Assembly (NCBI GenBank): GCA_001871415.1
Contig: MNWW01000066.1
Coordinates: 2,091 to 66,090, forward strand
From: Candidatus Woesearchaeota archaeon CG1_02_57_44
GTDB lineage: Archaea > Nanobdellota > Nanobdellia > Woesearchaeales > CG1-02-57-44
Direction of reading: 5' to 3'
DNA: 64,000 bases
The notes below the pieces were generated by a model that was given only the letters and a program-made list of their open reading frames with translations, searched no databases and had not been told where the DNA came from. Positions 49,090-59,478 of the stretch are shown piece by piece. Each line of letters opens with the position of its first letter. The stretch's first letter is position 1. Made by a program: the position numbers and the translations under genes.

Positions 49090-51639
49090 ATGGGACTGAC
49101 CGTCAAACGGGAAGACTGGTGGGGCATTCTGCTTATAGCAGTCATCGCTGTCGCTTTTGCCATCCCCTTGTTCGGCAATGCGCATAACTGGTCTGAACAA
49201 CTGGACTGGGATACCGCGGTCATGGCCCACGCGTCCACTGCGCGCAACATCGGCGAGTATGGACAATTGCCCTTCTGGGACGCGTACAGCTGCGGCGGCA
49301 ATGTCCTGTACGCGCACCCCAACTATGATCATATCTCACCATTCGTCGTCTTGGATCTGCTATTTGGAGAAGTCGTCGGCATCAAGCTCAAGATACTGCT
49401 CTTCTTTGTCCTGGGCAGCATCGGCGCGTATCTGCTCGCCAGACACTTTGGGGCAGAAGTCATCCCGAGCATGCTCGCGGCGGCGATTTTCACGCTCAAT
49501 GGCAAATACGCGCAATCCTTCATGATAGGCCAGGTGCTCTGGACCCCCCTGATGTATGTGCCTTGGCTGTTTCTTTGCTTTGTCAAGAGCGACAAGCAGC
49601 CGAAACTCTCACTCGTGGCCGCGGTCCTGATGGCGCTGCTCGTGTTTGAAGCAGTCCCGTATATCTTCCCCATGACCATTGTGCTGCTCCTCTGCTTCGC
49701 AGGATCTACCTGGTTGCTGCGCAAGGACAAGCGCTACCTGAAGCCAGCGCTGCTCATCATCCTCCTCGGCGTCGCCCTTTCCGCTGTGCGCGTGCTGCCC
49801 ATGTATGACGTGTTCAAGGACAATTCCCGCCAGCTCGGCCTGGATCCCAATGACCACAACAGTCTGTACGAAATGGTCAATGTCTTCACCAACAACGCCC
49901 ACACACAGCCCGATTGGGACCCCTACTGGCGACTGGTGGACGGCAAGCCAAGCTGGTACGAATACAGCTTCTTCATCGGCTGGCCCGCGTTCATACTGCT
50001 GCTGCTGGCGCTGCTCCTCTACCTTCGTTCTCCACTGGGCGCGACAGCGGTCGTCTTCCTTGGCATCATGTTCGGAACAACGCTTCCTGTCTGGCCGTTG
50101 CTGCACCTGTTCCCCCTCTTCTCCAGCCAGCACAATATCATCAGATATGGCATGGTCTTCATGCTCCTCGCTGGCGTTCTCGTCGCGCGCCTGCTGAGCG
50201 CGCTGGGACGCAAAGGCCTGAAATTAGGCGACGCCTACATCACCAAAGAGCAGATGCGCGCCGTGATAGCAGGATTGGCGATCGCCATCATCATCGCGCT
50301 TATCCTGGCCAACAGAGTACCGCTCACCATGGCCTACACCGCAGCGCCGCGGCCCGCTGACGTGAACTCGACCAGCGATTATTTTGTCGTCGGCAATCTA
50401 CATGGCTTTCCCTGGAACTTCAACATGTACCGCTACTTTGTGGTCGGCAAGTCCATGAAGGAATGCAATATTCAACCCATATTTCCTGTCGCGCGCGATG
50501 AGCAGGACCGCATCCTCGCGCCCGAAGACGCATTCAAGGTGCAGCCCCGGTACTTTGTGGTCGAATATGAACGCATCAAGGCCAACGCGAACCATCGACA
50601 GGCGTTCTTCTTCCACAGCGGCGAATTGTCCACGCCCTGGCTCATCGGCGATGAGCTCAACGCGCTGCTGACAGAACCATGGTATCATGCGACGGTAGAT
50701 GATGCAAGTCGCGGGATTGGAGCTGATGCGCAAGACGCGGTTTCAGGTGCTGCCATCCGCCTCGGCGAGCAGGCGACTATTCAGCTCGTGTTCAGCGACG
50801 CGCAAAACCAGTACCCTCATGTCTGGGTCTTCAACCAGCCAGCCAAGCCGGTGTTTCCTAGCAGGACACTCAAGAGCGTTGCGCTCTCCGACGCGCTGAA
50901 TACGGAGTACATCCGCAACAGCAGCGTACCCGCGATAAAGACAACAGTCCTGGCAGGCAAGACCCTCGCACAGCAGGATATGCAACTCGTGATCATGGGC
51001 CAGCTCGTGCTGGTAACAGACCTGCCGACGGTCGCTGACGGGCAGAATGTCACGGTCACGTTCGCTGAGAGCGACGAGGACATCGCACGGCTTGCCAATC
51101 CCGATTATCATGGTGAGGCCTATCTGCTCGGTGAGAAGCACCTACCCGGAGGACAGCTATCGTCCTTCGCGTCAATAGCATCGTGGAGCCCACAGCGCGT
51201 CGTGGTCGACGCTACGGTCGCGAATGCATCCGGTGACGTGCTGCTGCTCAATACGAACTACGCCCGTGGCTGGAAGGCTATGGTCGATGACGCCGCAGCG
51301 CAGCCAGCGCTCAACCACAGGGGACTCATCGGCGTGAAACTCTCCGGAGGGGATCATACAGTCACTTTCACCTATCTGCCGCCCTTGATTGTGCCTGGAC
51401 TGATCATCAGTCTGCTGGCATTGGTTGCGGTGATGGTGGTGTGTCTAAGGGGAATCAGGAGAAAACGTGACCATGCCGAAACAAGGGAAATGGCACAGAC
51501 AGCGCAAGATGCAAAAGAACATGCGCATCATTCCACGCGCCTTTCAGCTTCAATCGTCCCTGCGGCATCTGCAGAGGAAAATGAAGCAGAACATCCTTCA
51601 GGCAACTCCGACGCGACAGAGACCGTTGACGCTGGATGA
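49090..51639 (+). CDS. YfhO-like multi-TM GT-C membrane protein
   Basis: GQLPFWDAYSCGG, many TMs, C-terminal LLLNTNYARGWKA...G.HTVTFTY.P plus TM. Confidence 0.78.
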   Translation: MGLTVKREDWWGILLIAVIAVAFAIPLFGNAHNWSEQLDWDTAVMAHASTARNIGEYGQLPFWDAYSCGGNVLYAHPNYDHISPFVVLDLLFGEVVGIKLKILLFFVLGSIGAYLLARHFGAEVIPSMLAAAIFTLNGKYAQSFMIGQVLWTPLMYVPWLFLCFVKSDKQPKLSLVAAVLMALLVFEAVPYIFPMTIVLLLCFAGSTWLLRKDKRYLKPALLIILLGVALSAVRVLPMYDVFKDNSRQLGLDPNDHNSLYEMVNVFTNNAHTQPDWDPYWRLVDGKPSWYEYSFFIGWPAFILLLLALLLYLRSPLGATAVVFLGIMFGTTLPVWPLLHLFPLFSSQHNIIRYGMVFMLLAGVLVARLLSALGRKGLKLGDAYITKEQMRAVIAGLAIAIIIALILANRVPLTMAYTAAPRPADVNSTSDYFVVGNLHGFPWNFNMYRYFVVGKSMKECNIQPIFPVARDEQDRILAPEDAFKVQPRYFVVEYERIKANANHRQAFFFHSGELSTPWLIGDELNALLTEPWYHATVDDASRGIGADAQDAVSGAAIRLGEQATIQLVFSDAQNQYPHVWVFNQPAKPVFPSRTLKSVALSDALNTEYIRNSSVPAIKTTVLAGKTLAQQDMQLVIMGQLVLVTDLPTVADGQNVTVTFAESDEDIARLANPDYHGEAYLLGEKHLPGGQLSSFASIASWSPQRVVVDATVANASGDVLLLNTNYARGWKAMVDDAAAQPALNHRGLIGVKLSGGDHTVTFTYLPPLIVPGLIISLLALVAVMVVCLRGIRRKRDHAETREMAQTAQDAKEHAHHSTRLSASIVPAASAEENEAEHPSGNSDATETVDAG

Positions 51640-51672
51640 ACGACTGCGCAATCTACAAGGTCTTAATGTCTC

Positions 51673-52644
51673 CTATTTCACGAGGTGGCCCAATTCCTTT
51701 GGCAGCCTTCTGCACGCGATGATATTCGCATCCTTCGCGCCCTCTGGACGCGAGAGCAGATGCGATGGCGACGCCCGCACCAAGGAAGCTCCCTGAATCT
51801 CATAGAGACGCATACCCTGCTGCTCAAGGCGCATAAGGACGGACGCTGGGTCTGTTCCACACGCGCGTAACAGCTTTGGAGAGAATTCCATGAGCAGGAC
51901 CAGGTCATTATTGCGCTTGCATGTCTCCCTCATGCCCTGCAGTGCCAGCCCCTCGGCCCCCTGGATGTCCATCTTGATAAAATCAACGCGACCAGAAGCA
52001 TGCGCTGATGCTTGTTGCCTCTGTGCGCTTGCTGTCGCACGTGACTTAGCCCATACCTTGTGGCGCGGCGTGTTGCGCTTAATCTCCTCGTCAATGGCCA
52101 CTTTCTGGACATCCACGGTCTTTCGAGAGTCGTTGCGCGCGAAGATGCTGTGGTCACCTGTGTGCTCCTCGCAGAGGTGCAGCGCGATAGTGCCGTCAGT
52201 ATCAGCCACTGCTTTTTGCTCGACCACCACATTGCCGGCATGGTTTGCCTTCACAGCCATGCCCAGCAGCAGCGCATTCTCCGGCGCGGGCTCATACGCG
52301 TGCACCCTGCCGTCTTCACCTACCAGCTCAGCGAGCAGGAAGGTGTAGATACCCATGTTGGCGCCGATGTCAAGACAGACCATGCCTGGTTTGACCATCG
52401 CCCTGACCATATCAAGCTCATGACGCTCAAAGAGCGAGAAACGGTGCAGCAGCACGGCCATCAGACGGTCGATGCTCTGGACATAAAACACCTGCCCCTG
52501 CGCCCACATGACCCTAGGATTCTTCAGTCTGGTCCATCGGGAGAGCACGCGTGAGAGCGCGCGAAAGGGAGCGGTGTCGATGATACGAAACAACAGCCAG
52601 GAGAACAGCGCGAGGATGGCGCGAATGATACCGCGAAGACACAT
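51673..52644 (-). CDS. FkbM family methyltransferase
   Basis: LDIGANMGIYT, AYEP, FIKMDIQGAE, MEF.P. Confidence 0.9.
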   Translation of the reverse strand: MCLRGIIRAILALFSWLLFRIIDTAPFRALSRVLSRWTRLKNPRVMWAQGQVFYVQSIDRLMAVLLHRFSLFERHELDMVRAMVKPGMVCLDIGANMGIYTFLLAELVGEDGRVHAYEPAPENALLLGMAVKANHAGNVVVEQKAVADTDGTIALHLCEEHTGDHSIFARNDSRKTVDVQKVAIDEEIKRNTPRHKVWAKSRATASAQRQQASAHASGRVDFIKMDIQGAEGLALQGMRETCKRNNDLVLLMEFSPKLLRACGTDPASVLMRLEQQGMRLYEIQGASLVRASPSHLLSRPEGAKDANIIACRRLPKELGHLVK

Positions 52645-52802
52645 GCACCCTGTGGACAACGGGGGGTTTTTATTGATTGCGGACCTGATGCCTGGAAAAC
52701 ATGGAGCTGCAGCAGCAAACAGTCGCCCACCCGCCATGCCAGCACAAGCCACTGCCCACGCATGCCCAAGACTTAAATATCGCACTCCGGTCCCTTGGCA
52801 GC

Positions 52803-53819
52803 ATGCGCATCGCAGACAGGGTATATGGAAGCATGGAAATCGACGAGCCGGTCCTCCTGGCACTCATGGATTCAGAGCCTATGCAGCGGCTCAAAGGCAT
52901 CAACCAGGCCGGCGCGAGCAAGTACATCATGGACAAGCCCGTCACACGCTTCGAGCACAGCATCGGAGTGATGCTCCTGCTGCGCCGCTTTAGCGCGAGC
53001 ATGCCAGAGCAGATTGCCGGCCTGCTGCATGATGTCCCGCACACCGCGTTCAGCCATGTCATTGATTTCGTGTTCCGCAACGAGACCCATGAGTTCCACG
53101 AGCGGTTCCATGAGAAAATCATCACCGAGTCTGAGATACCCCTTATCCTCAAGGATCACGGATTTGACCCACAAGAGATCCTTCATGGAAAATTTTCTCT
53201 GCTGGAGCAAGGATTGCCGGACCTTTGCGCTGACCGGCTCGATTACACCATGCGCGACATGGCAGCGAATCTTGGCTGGGAACAGAAGGCCAAAGCGCAT
53301 CTTGCTGGCCTGCACGTCGTTGATAGAAGCTTCTGGTGCACGACACAGGACGCCGCGAAAGCACTGGCGCTGGATTATCTGGAAGTGGACAAGCGCATCT
53401 GGAGTGACCCCCGGGAGATAGCGGCCTTCCAGGTGCTCGCTGACGCCATCAAGGCCGCCATGGACGCGAAAGAACTGAGCATGAATGATTTGTGGCTGAC
53501 GGATGACGAGCTCATGGCAAAGCTTCGCGCGTCCAAGGTTCCTGAAGTCCAGTGCCTCATTGGCCTGCTTACCCCCTCGTTTGGCATAACTATTCTTCCG
53601 GCGCTGCCTATTGCAGGCGCAGACAAGCCTTCCTCAACCTACGCCATCCCAACGCGCGTGATGCACACCAAAAGCAAAGTCCGCTGGATAGACCCACGAT
53701 TTGGCGCAGGAAAAAAGCTCAGCGAGGTCGATGAGGCATTCTCCAAGCTCGTCCAGGGGCACCGTGAACAGGCAGAAGATGGGTATTTTATACAAATTAC
53801 TACAAATAGAATCCCATAA
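52803..53819 (+). CDS. HD domain phosphohydrolase (SAMHD1/YdhJ-like)
   Basis: DRVYG, MQRLKGINQAG, TRFEHSIG, LLHD..H..FSH, ADRLDY. Confidence 0.9.
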   Translation: MRIADRVYGSMEIDEPVLLALMDSEPMQRLKGINQAGASKYIMDKPVTRFEHSIGVMLLLRRFSASMPEQIAGLLHDVPHTAFSHVIDFVFRNETHEFHERFHEKIITESEIPLILKDHGFDPQEILHGKFSLLEQGLPDLCADRLDYTMRDMAANLGWEQKAKAHLAGLHVVDRSFWCTTQDAAKALALDYLEVDKRIWSDPREIAAFQVLADAIKAAMDAKELSMNDLWLTDDELMAKLRASKVPEVQCLIGLLTPSFGITILPALPIAGADKPSSTYAIPTRVMHTKSKVRWIDPRFGAGKKLSEVDEAFSKLVQGHREQAEDGYFIQITTNRIP

Positions 53820-54114
53820 GTCCGGAAAGAATTTTTACACACATCCACGAATATAAGCAAGCATGGTCATTTTTCGGAGGATTTTCGGAGCAATATGCAC
53901 GAATACTTACTACTTTATGAAGGATTATCGTAATAACATATACCCGCATATAACAATGCATTAAAATCATGTCAGTATTCCCTTCATAGTGGGGGCAAAA
54001 ATTCCGGCACCAGGACAGGCTTTGCGAAAAATACTGCGCAACTGCCATTAAAGAGCGACGCATACCGGATGTTTTATGGGAATTACCCACAATGTGAAAA
54101 CCGAAGGTGAAACA

Positions 54115-54204
54115 ATGGATGGAACTATCAGCGCGATAACTAGCGCAACGCAAACGGCTTCAACCATCCAGACGACCACCCGAGGTGCTTGCCCGTGCGC
54201 GTAA
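54115..54204 (+). CDS. Putative Thr-rich leader peptide (29 aa) overlapping the lrp start
   Basis: SD GAAGGTGA at 54103-54110, ATG 54115, MDGTISAITSATQTASTIQTTTRGACPCA*. Confidence 0.4.
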   Translation: MDGTISAITSATQTASTIQTTTRGACPCA

Positions 54205-54668
54205 ACAGGAAGGATTTGCTCATCATCAGCAACCTGCGCACCAACGCCCGCGAAAGTCTCACCAACCTCTCCAAGAAAGTGGACATGCCGATCTCCACTA
54301 TCTTCGATCGCCTGCGCATGCATGAGGGAACGCTCATCAAGCGACACACTTCGCTTATCGACTTCAACCAGTTGGGCTATTTCGCCCGCGCGCACATCGT
54401 CCTGAAGGTCAGGAAGGACGATCGAGACATAGCGCGCGAGCACCTGAACAAGTCGCTCTGCGTCAACAGCGTCTACAAGATAAACAACAACTATGACTTC
54501 CTGGTCGAGGGAATCTTTCGCAATGTCAAGGAGCTCGAGGATTTCGTAGAGGACCTGGAAGAGCGCTTCACCACGCAGGACATCCAGGTCTACTACATCA
54601 TCGAGGATATCAAGCAAGAAGGGTTCATGGCGGATCCGAGGATGCTCGACCTGATCATGCAGGAGTGA
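54195..54668 (+). CDS. Lrp/AsnC family transcriptional regulator
   Basis: KDLLIISNLRTNARESLTNLSKK..MPISTIFDRL HTH; C-terminal RAM-like domain; GTG start with GAGGTG SD. Confidence 0.9.
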   Translation: MRVNRKDLLIISNLRTNARESLTNLSKKVDMPISTIFDRLRMHEGTLIKRHTSLIDFNQLGYFARAHIVLKVRKDDRDIAREHLNKSLCVNSVYKINNNYDFLVEGIFRNVKELEDFVEDLEERFTTQDIQVYYIIEDIKQEGFMADPRMLDLIMQE

Positions 54669-55337
54669 GCGAGACTAGTACACCTGAGAAGCGAAGAGCG
54701 TCTGGTATAGCGCAGGAACAGCGTCGCAGAGTATACGTACCCGCACATCCTTGCGGCCAGAGGCGGCAATGGCATCAGCCGCGCCAGCTCCCCCCATCAG
54801 GACCAGCCTCTAGGACCAGTCCAATCCCGATTTCCTGCCCAGCTCCTCGTACCGGTCACGGTATTCCGGCCTCGTCAATCGCCACTTGACGTCGTCGATG
54901 AACTGGCGCAGCGTGCGTCGTCCCATCTAGATCCCCCATGCGGATATAGTGTCGCCCGTAGTATATCGATGTTGAGATAGGTCGCACTAGGGAATGCATA
55001 TACATTCAACCTCACTGCAGGCAATGAATCACATACGCCCGTTCTGCAAGAATCCATGCACCCAGAACCACGAATCCATGGAGCGCCATGACCGGACCGA
55101 CACATCAATGATCGTCGCTGCCGGGCGGCTCATTGTAGGAGTGCTTCTCGCCGCTCTCGCGCTGCTTGTCCTTGTATTCCGGCTCTGATGTGAAGTAGCG
55201 CAGCCAGTTAATGAACCTTCGCGGAAGCGACACTGACTTTTTCTCACCTGATTTCGCCATGATAATGCTGGTTGCAAGCCAAGCATAAGTACTTTTGCCC
55301 CGACAAGCATATAAAGTCAGGAATCGCCCGTACGGGC

Positions 55338-56273
55338 ATGCGCGCTCTCGCTTTCGCCTCAGACCACCTGGACGGCATCACGGCGGCAGCCATGTGCACA
55401 AGGCTCATGCGCTTTCGCAACATCCAGACAAAAGTCGAGCTCTTCAACCTGGGCACCCTGGACCTCTCCGCGCTCTCGTGCAAGGATCACGCGATTTTCA
55501 TCCTGGACCTGCCACCCAGGCACGTACCTGGCCTTGAGGCCCTTTTGCGCAAGATGGCCCGGACCAACAGCCTCATGTATTGGAACAGCCACCATGCCCA
55601 GAGCCAGGAACATATCGATATGGTCACCAAGCAGTTTAAGACAGCGGATCTGGCCACAGACGACGTTGACAAGTGCAGCGCGGAACTCTTCTTCGAGCGT
55701 TTCCTGCGCCAGGACAAGGTGGCTCGCGACCTTGCGGCGATAGCCCATGACATCGAGTTCTGGGAACGCAATGACGCGCTCAGCGGCAAGCTCGCTGATC
55801 TCATCCAAGCTGGGCAGGGAAAGCATCTCATAGAGCCGCTCTCTCGAGGCGTCACCTGGTCAGAGAGCCAGGAAGACCAATGGAAAGCATATCTTGAGAA
55901 GAAAGAAAAAGAGCTCGCGGCCATTGTCAAGCGCGCGCAGGAAAAACCCATCAGCACCACGACCATCGCGTTCAGCCACGCGAGTTGCCTGGTGTCGTCG
56001 GCGGACGCCGGCGATCGCCTGCTTGCGGGCAGCAAGGCGGATGTGACCTGCATCGTGTTCTCAGACGGCAGGATTTTTTTCAGGAGACGTGAAGGATGTG
56101 AACTTGACCTTCGCCCGCTCGCGGAGATGTTCTCCGGCGGCGGGCAGGTGTTCGCGTCAGGTGGCGTCTTGCCATTGGGCAAGGGCATTCCCAAGCAAGT
56201 CAAGAACGATACGTGGAAGGATATCCAGTTCTATGTGGAGCGGCAGCTGGCGGATCATTTCGATAAGGCGTGA
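55338..56273 (+). CDS. DHH/DHHA1 family phosphoesterase-like protein with degenerate motifs
   Basis: DHLDG, ILDL, NSHH, CSAEL, GGGQ..ASG. Confidence 0.75.
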   Translation: MRALAFASDHLDGITAAAMCTRLMRFRNIQTKVELFNLGTLDLSALSCKDHAIFILDLPPRHVPGLEALLRKMARTNSLMYWNSHHAQSQEHIDMVTKQFKTADLATDDVDKCSAELFFERFLRQDKVARDLAAIAHDIEFWERNDALSGKLADLIQAGQGKHLIEPLSRGVTWSESQEDQWKAYLEKKEKELAAIVKRAQEKPISTTTIAFSHASCLVSSADAGDRLLAGSKADVTCIVFSDGRIFFRRREGCELDLRPLAEMFSGGGQVFASGGVLPLGKGIPKQVKNDTWKDIQFYVERQLADHFDKA

Positions 56274-56308
56274 ATGAATCCTGCAGAATCTTGCCCTTAC
56301 ATCAGATC

Positions 56309-57928
56309 CTATCCTTCCAGCCCCAATGCCCTGAGTACGACACTGGGCTCAAAAGGCGCCAGGTCGTCGTAGCCTTGACCCGTACCGAAGTAAAGAATCG
56401 GCTTGCCAGTGATGAAGGAGACAGACACAGCAGCGCCACCCTTGTCGTCGATATCCTGCTTGGAGAGCACGATGCCGTCAAGGTTCGTGGCCTTGGCGAA
56501 CTCGCGCGCCTGCTCCACGCAGTCGTTGCCTGTTATGGCCTCACCGATGAAGAGCGTAAGGTCAGGCTTTGCCACGCGCACGACTTTTTTCAGCTCAGCC
56601 ATCAGGTTGGTGTTGCTGTGCAAGCGCCCCGCCGTGTCGATGAGCACCGCGTCGACTTTGTGCGCCTTGGCATACGCGATAGCATCAAAGGCGACAGCAG
56701 CGGGGTCTGCGCCATAATCATGCTTGATGACCTTCACGCCAAGACGCCTGCCATGCTCCTCGAGCTGCGCTATGGCCGCGGCGCGGAAGGTATCACCAGC
56801 CGCCAAGACCGACGATATTCCCTGGGCGCGCAACAAGTGCGCGACTTTCGCTATGGTCGTGGTCTTGCCGGAGCCGTTGATACCAACGAAGCAGATGATG
56901 TAGGGCTTTTGTGCCTCGCGCACTCTCTGCACAACATCAAAACCAGGGACGAACAGGGAGCTGATGCTCTTGCCTAGCGCACTGCCGACCTGCTGCTCGA
57001 TATTGCCGCGCGAGATAGGCTTTGTGGTCAGCTCTGTCTTCAGGTCTTCTTTTATCTTGTCAATGACCTCGAGCGCGATGCTGGACTCGAGCATCGCCAT
57101 CTCCAGATCAGCGAAGAACTGTTCGAACTTGTCCTCGGATATCGTGACCGTGGCGACCTTGTCTCTGAGGCGGGAGAAGAACCCTTTCCTTGGAGCGTCA
57201 ATGGGGCCTGGCTGCGCGCCAATGGGCGCCGCGGTTGTTGCCACAGACGGCGCAGAGCGTGGTTGCGAGTTGTCCTGGGCGATAGCAGACTCAGCAGCAG
57301 CTCTCCCCTGACGCTCTGTCGTCGCCTCCTTCCTCGCGGACAGCACCTGCACGATAGGATTTGGATCAACAACAGGTTCAGCAACGGATTTGTCGACGGA
57401 TTCCAGTGCATGGTTTCCAACCACGGGTTCAGCAACAGGCCGGGATACTGCCGAAGGTCCCATCCGCGGGATAGGCCGATGGATGCGCTCCGTCGGAGCT
57501 TGTCCAGATTGTGACTCTTGGCGCTCTTTACGCTCTTCCACCACACGCGGTATAGGACGATATGATGGCTCACGCTCCACGACGCGCGCCTCAACCAGGG
57601 GGACTGCTTGGACGGGTCGACCTTCAGAGACCTTGGTCTCTGCCACCATAGTCTTTGCGCCTATTGCCTGCGCCTTTGGCGCCGCTCCTGCGCTCAGTGT
57701 CACGCGCACGCCTGGTTTTGCGGTCGAAGATGATGCCTCTGAGGTCTCCTGTTTGGAGGCGACAGGTGACGCTACCTGCGTCGTCTTGGCAATAATCGGC
57801 GCAGTCTCCCCCTGAGCTTGCGCTTCAGGCATCACCTCATCAGTCGTCGACGCTTCTGCCTCAGGCTCCGCCTTCTTGCTGAACCGCCCGATGGCGTCCG
57901 CGATCTTCTTCTTGAGAAATCCTAACAT
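56309..57928 (-). CDS. ftsY: Signal recognition particle receptor FtsY
   Basis: GINGSGKTTT, DTFRAAA, DTAGR, GG, GTGQGYDDL; long low-complexity N-terminus. Confidence 0.96.
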   Translation of the reverse strand: MLGFLKKKIADAIGRFSKKAEPEAEASTTDEVMPEAQAQGETAPIIAKTTQVASPVASKQETSEASSSTAKPGVRVTLSAGAAPKAQAIGAKTMVAETKVSEGRPVQAVPLVEARVVEREPSYRPIPRVVEERKERQESQSGQAPTERIHRPIPRMGPSAVSRPVAEPVVGNHALESVDKSVAEPVVDPNPIVQVLSARKEATTERQGRAAAESAIAQDNSQPRSAPSVATTAAPIGAQPGPIDAPRKGFFSRLRDKVATVTISEDKFEQFFADLEMAMLESSIALEVIDKIKEDLKTELTTKPISRGNIEQQVGSALGKSISSLFVPGFDVVQRVREAQKPYIICFVGINGSGKTTTIAKVAHLLRAQGISSVLAAGDTFRAAAIAQLEEHGRRLGVKVIKHDYGADPAAVAFDAIAYAKAHKVDAVLIDTAGRLHSNTNLMAELKKVVRVAKPDLTLFIGEAITGNDCVEQAREFAKATNLDGIVLSKQDIDDKGGAAVSVSFITGKPILYFGTGQGYDDLAPFEPSVVLRALGLEG

Positions 57929-57998
57929 CGTCCTCTTCCTGCCCGACCTTTGTTCTTGCTTCCCGATAATGCCACAGCTTCAAGCGCCTCTCTCATGG

Positions 57999-58451
57999 TC
58001 ACTCGTCCTTTCCCTTGAAATGTGATTCCAGCGCCTCGATGCGATCGACCGATTCCTGCATCTGCGTCGCCACCTGCTGCTTGAGCTCAGCCAGCTCCTG
58101 CACCTGCTCGTCAAGGAGCGCGTTTGCCTGCTCGATGGTCTTTTCCAGGACCACCCCTGAGCCCACACTGACCAGAATGTCAGGATTCGCGCTCGCCATC
58201 TTCAGGTAGATACCCTGCCCGATAGGCACCAGCATCTCTGTTCCTGGCGCAAGCTTTGTGAGCTGCGCGACATTGCGCTTGCTCGCCAGCATCTCATCCT
58301 GCTGACCATCAATCGCCTCGAACTGCTCGCGCAGCTGCTTGATGCGAGCGGCATGCGCCTGCAGCTCAGCGAACTTCTCCTGCAGGTCCTGCTGGTCTGC
58401 TGACACCTTGCCAGAGCTATTAGGTCCTGTTCCGGATGTATTGTCTTCCAT
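57999..58451 (-). CDS. pfdA: Prefoldin subunit alpha
   Basis: Coiled coils flanking EMLVPIGQGIY..ILVSVGSGVVLEK; adjacent to ftsY. Confidence 0.88.
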   Translation of the reverse strand: MEDNTSGTGPNSSGKVSADQQDLQEKFAELQAHAARIKQLREQFEAIDGQQDEMLASKRNVAQLTKLAPGTEMLVPIGQGIYLKMASANPDILVSVGSGVVLEKTIEQANALLDEQVQELAELKQQVATQMQESVDRIEALESHFKGKDE

Positions 58452-58503
58452 CGTAGTCTGTCTGCTTCTGTCTTGTATCCTGTGGCGTCCTTTGCTCAAG
58501 CGC

Positions 58504-59466
58504 TCACTTCTTGCTCGCTGGCGCCTCGCGTTTCTGGTATAGCTCAGTCAATGATTTCTGCTGATAGATACGAACAATGGATTCGCCCAGCAGCTGCGCG
58601 ATGCTCACCTGCACAATCTTGCTCACCTGCTTATGCTCCGCGAGTGGGATCGTGTTGGTCACAAAGACCTTCTCGATGAGCGATCGCTCCAGGCGCTCGG
58701 CAGCGTCCTCTGAAAGAATCGGGTGCGTCGCGCACACAAATATCCTGCCCGCCCCCGCTTTCTTGAGCGCTGCAGCCGCGTTGATGATTGTTCCGCCCGT
58801 GTCTATCATATCGTCAACCATGATGGCGTCGCGACCCGCGACATCGCCGATGAGGTTCATGACCTCTGAGACATTATGCGCGGTGCGTCGTTTGTCGACA
58901 ATCGCTAAAGGCACATCCAGCAGCTTGGCCATGAAGCGCGCCCTGGAGACACCGCCATGATCAGGGCTCACCACCACCGGGTCTACGAGCTGTACGCCAG
59001 ATAGCTTTGCTGCCAGCACGGGGATACCCCACATGTTATCGGTCGGGATGTTGAAGAATCCCTGGGTCTGGCCAGAGTGAAAGTCAACAGAGACCAATCG
59101 GCTTGCGCCAGCGACCTCTATCATGTTGGCCACCAGCCTCGCGGTCAATGCCTCGCGCGGATGGCTTATCCGGTCCTGACGCGCATAGCCGTAATAGGGA
59201 ACAATGACATTGATGCTGTTCGCTGACGCGCGCTTGGCCGCGTCAATAAGAATCAGCATCTCCATCAGGTGCTCATTGACATTGTTACAAGTGCTCTGGA
59301 TGATGAATACATCGGAGCCGCGCACGGTGTCGAGCAGGCGCACGTATATCTCACCGTCCTTGAACTTGGACATGTGCACAGGCGTCAATGGCACATTGAC
59401 ATATGCGCTAATCTCTTTTGCCAGCTCCCGGTTGGAACTTCCTGACACGAGTCGAATCATTTCCAT
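58504..59466 (-). CDS. prs: Ribose-phosphate pyrophosphokinase
   Basis: FKDGE, PYYGYARQDR, DFHSGQ.QGFF, SPDHGG, VDDMIDTGGT. Confidence 0.96.
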   Translation of the reverse strand: MEMIRLVSGSSNRELAKEISAYVNVPLTPVHMSKFKDGEIYVRLLDTVRGSDVFIIQSTCNNVNEHLMEMLILIDAAKRASANSINVIVPYYGYARQDRISHPREALTARLVANMIEVAGASRLVSVDFHSGQTQGFFNIPTDNMWGIPVLAAKLSGVQLVDPVVVSPDHGGVSRARFMAKLLDVPLAIVDKRRTAHNVSEVMNLIGDVAGRDAIMVDDMIDTGGTIINAAAALKKAGAGRIFVCATHPILSEDAAERLERSLIEKVFVTNTIPLAEHKQVSKIVQVSIAQLLGESIVRIYQQKSLTELYQKREAPASKK

Positions 59467-59478
59467 GTTATCACCTTA

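Noticed and set aside
54665..55190. Short ORFs between lrp and the DHH gene, one ending in a hydrophobic stretch
   Set aside because: Conflicting frames, no motif or clear start; cannot support a call
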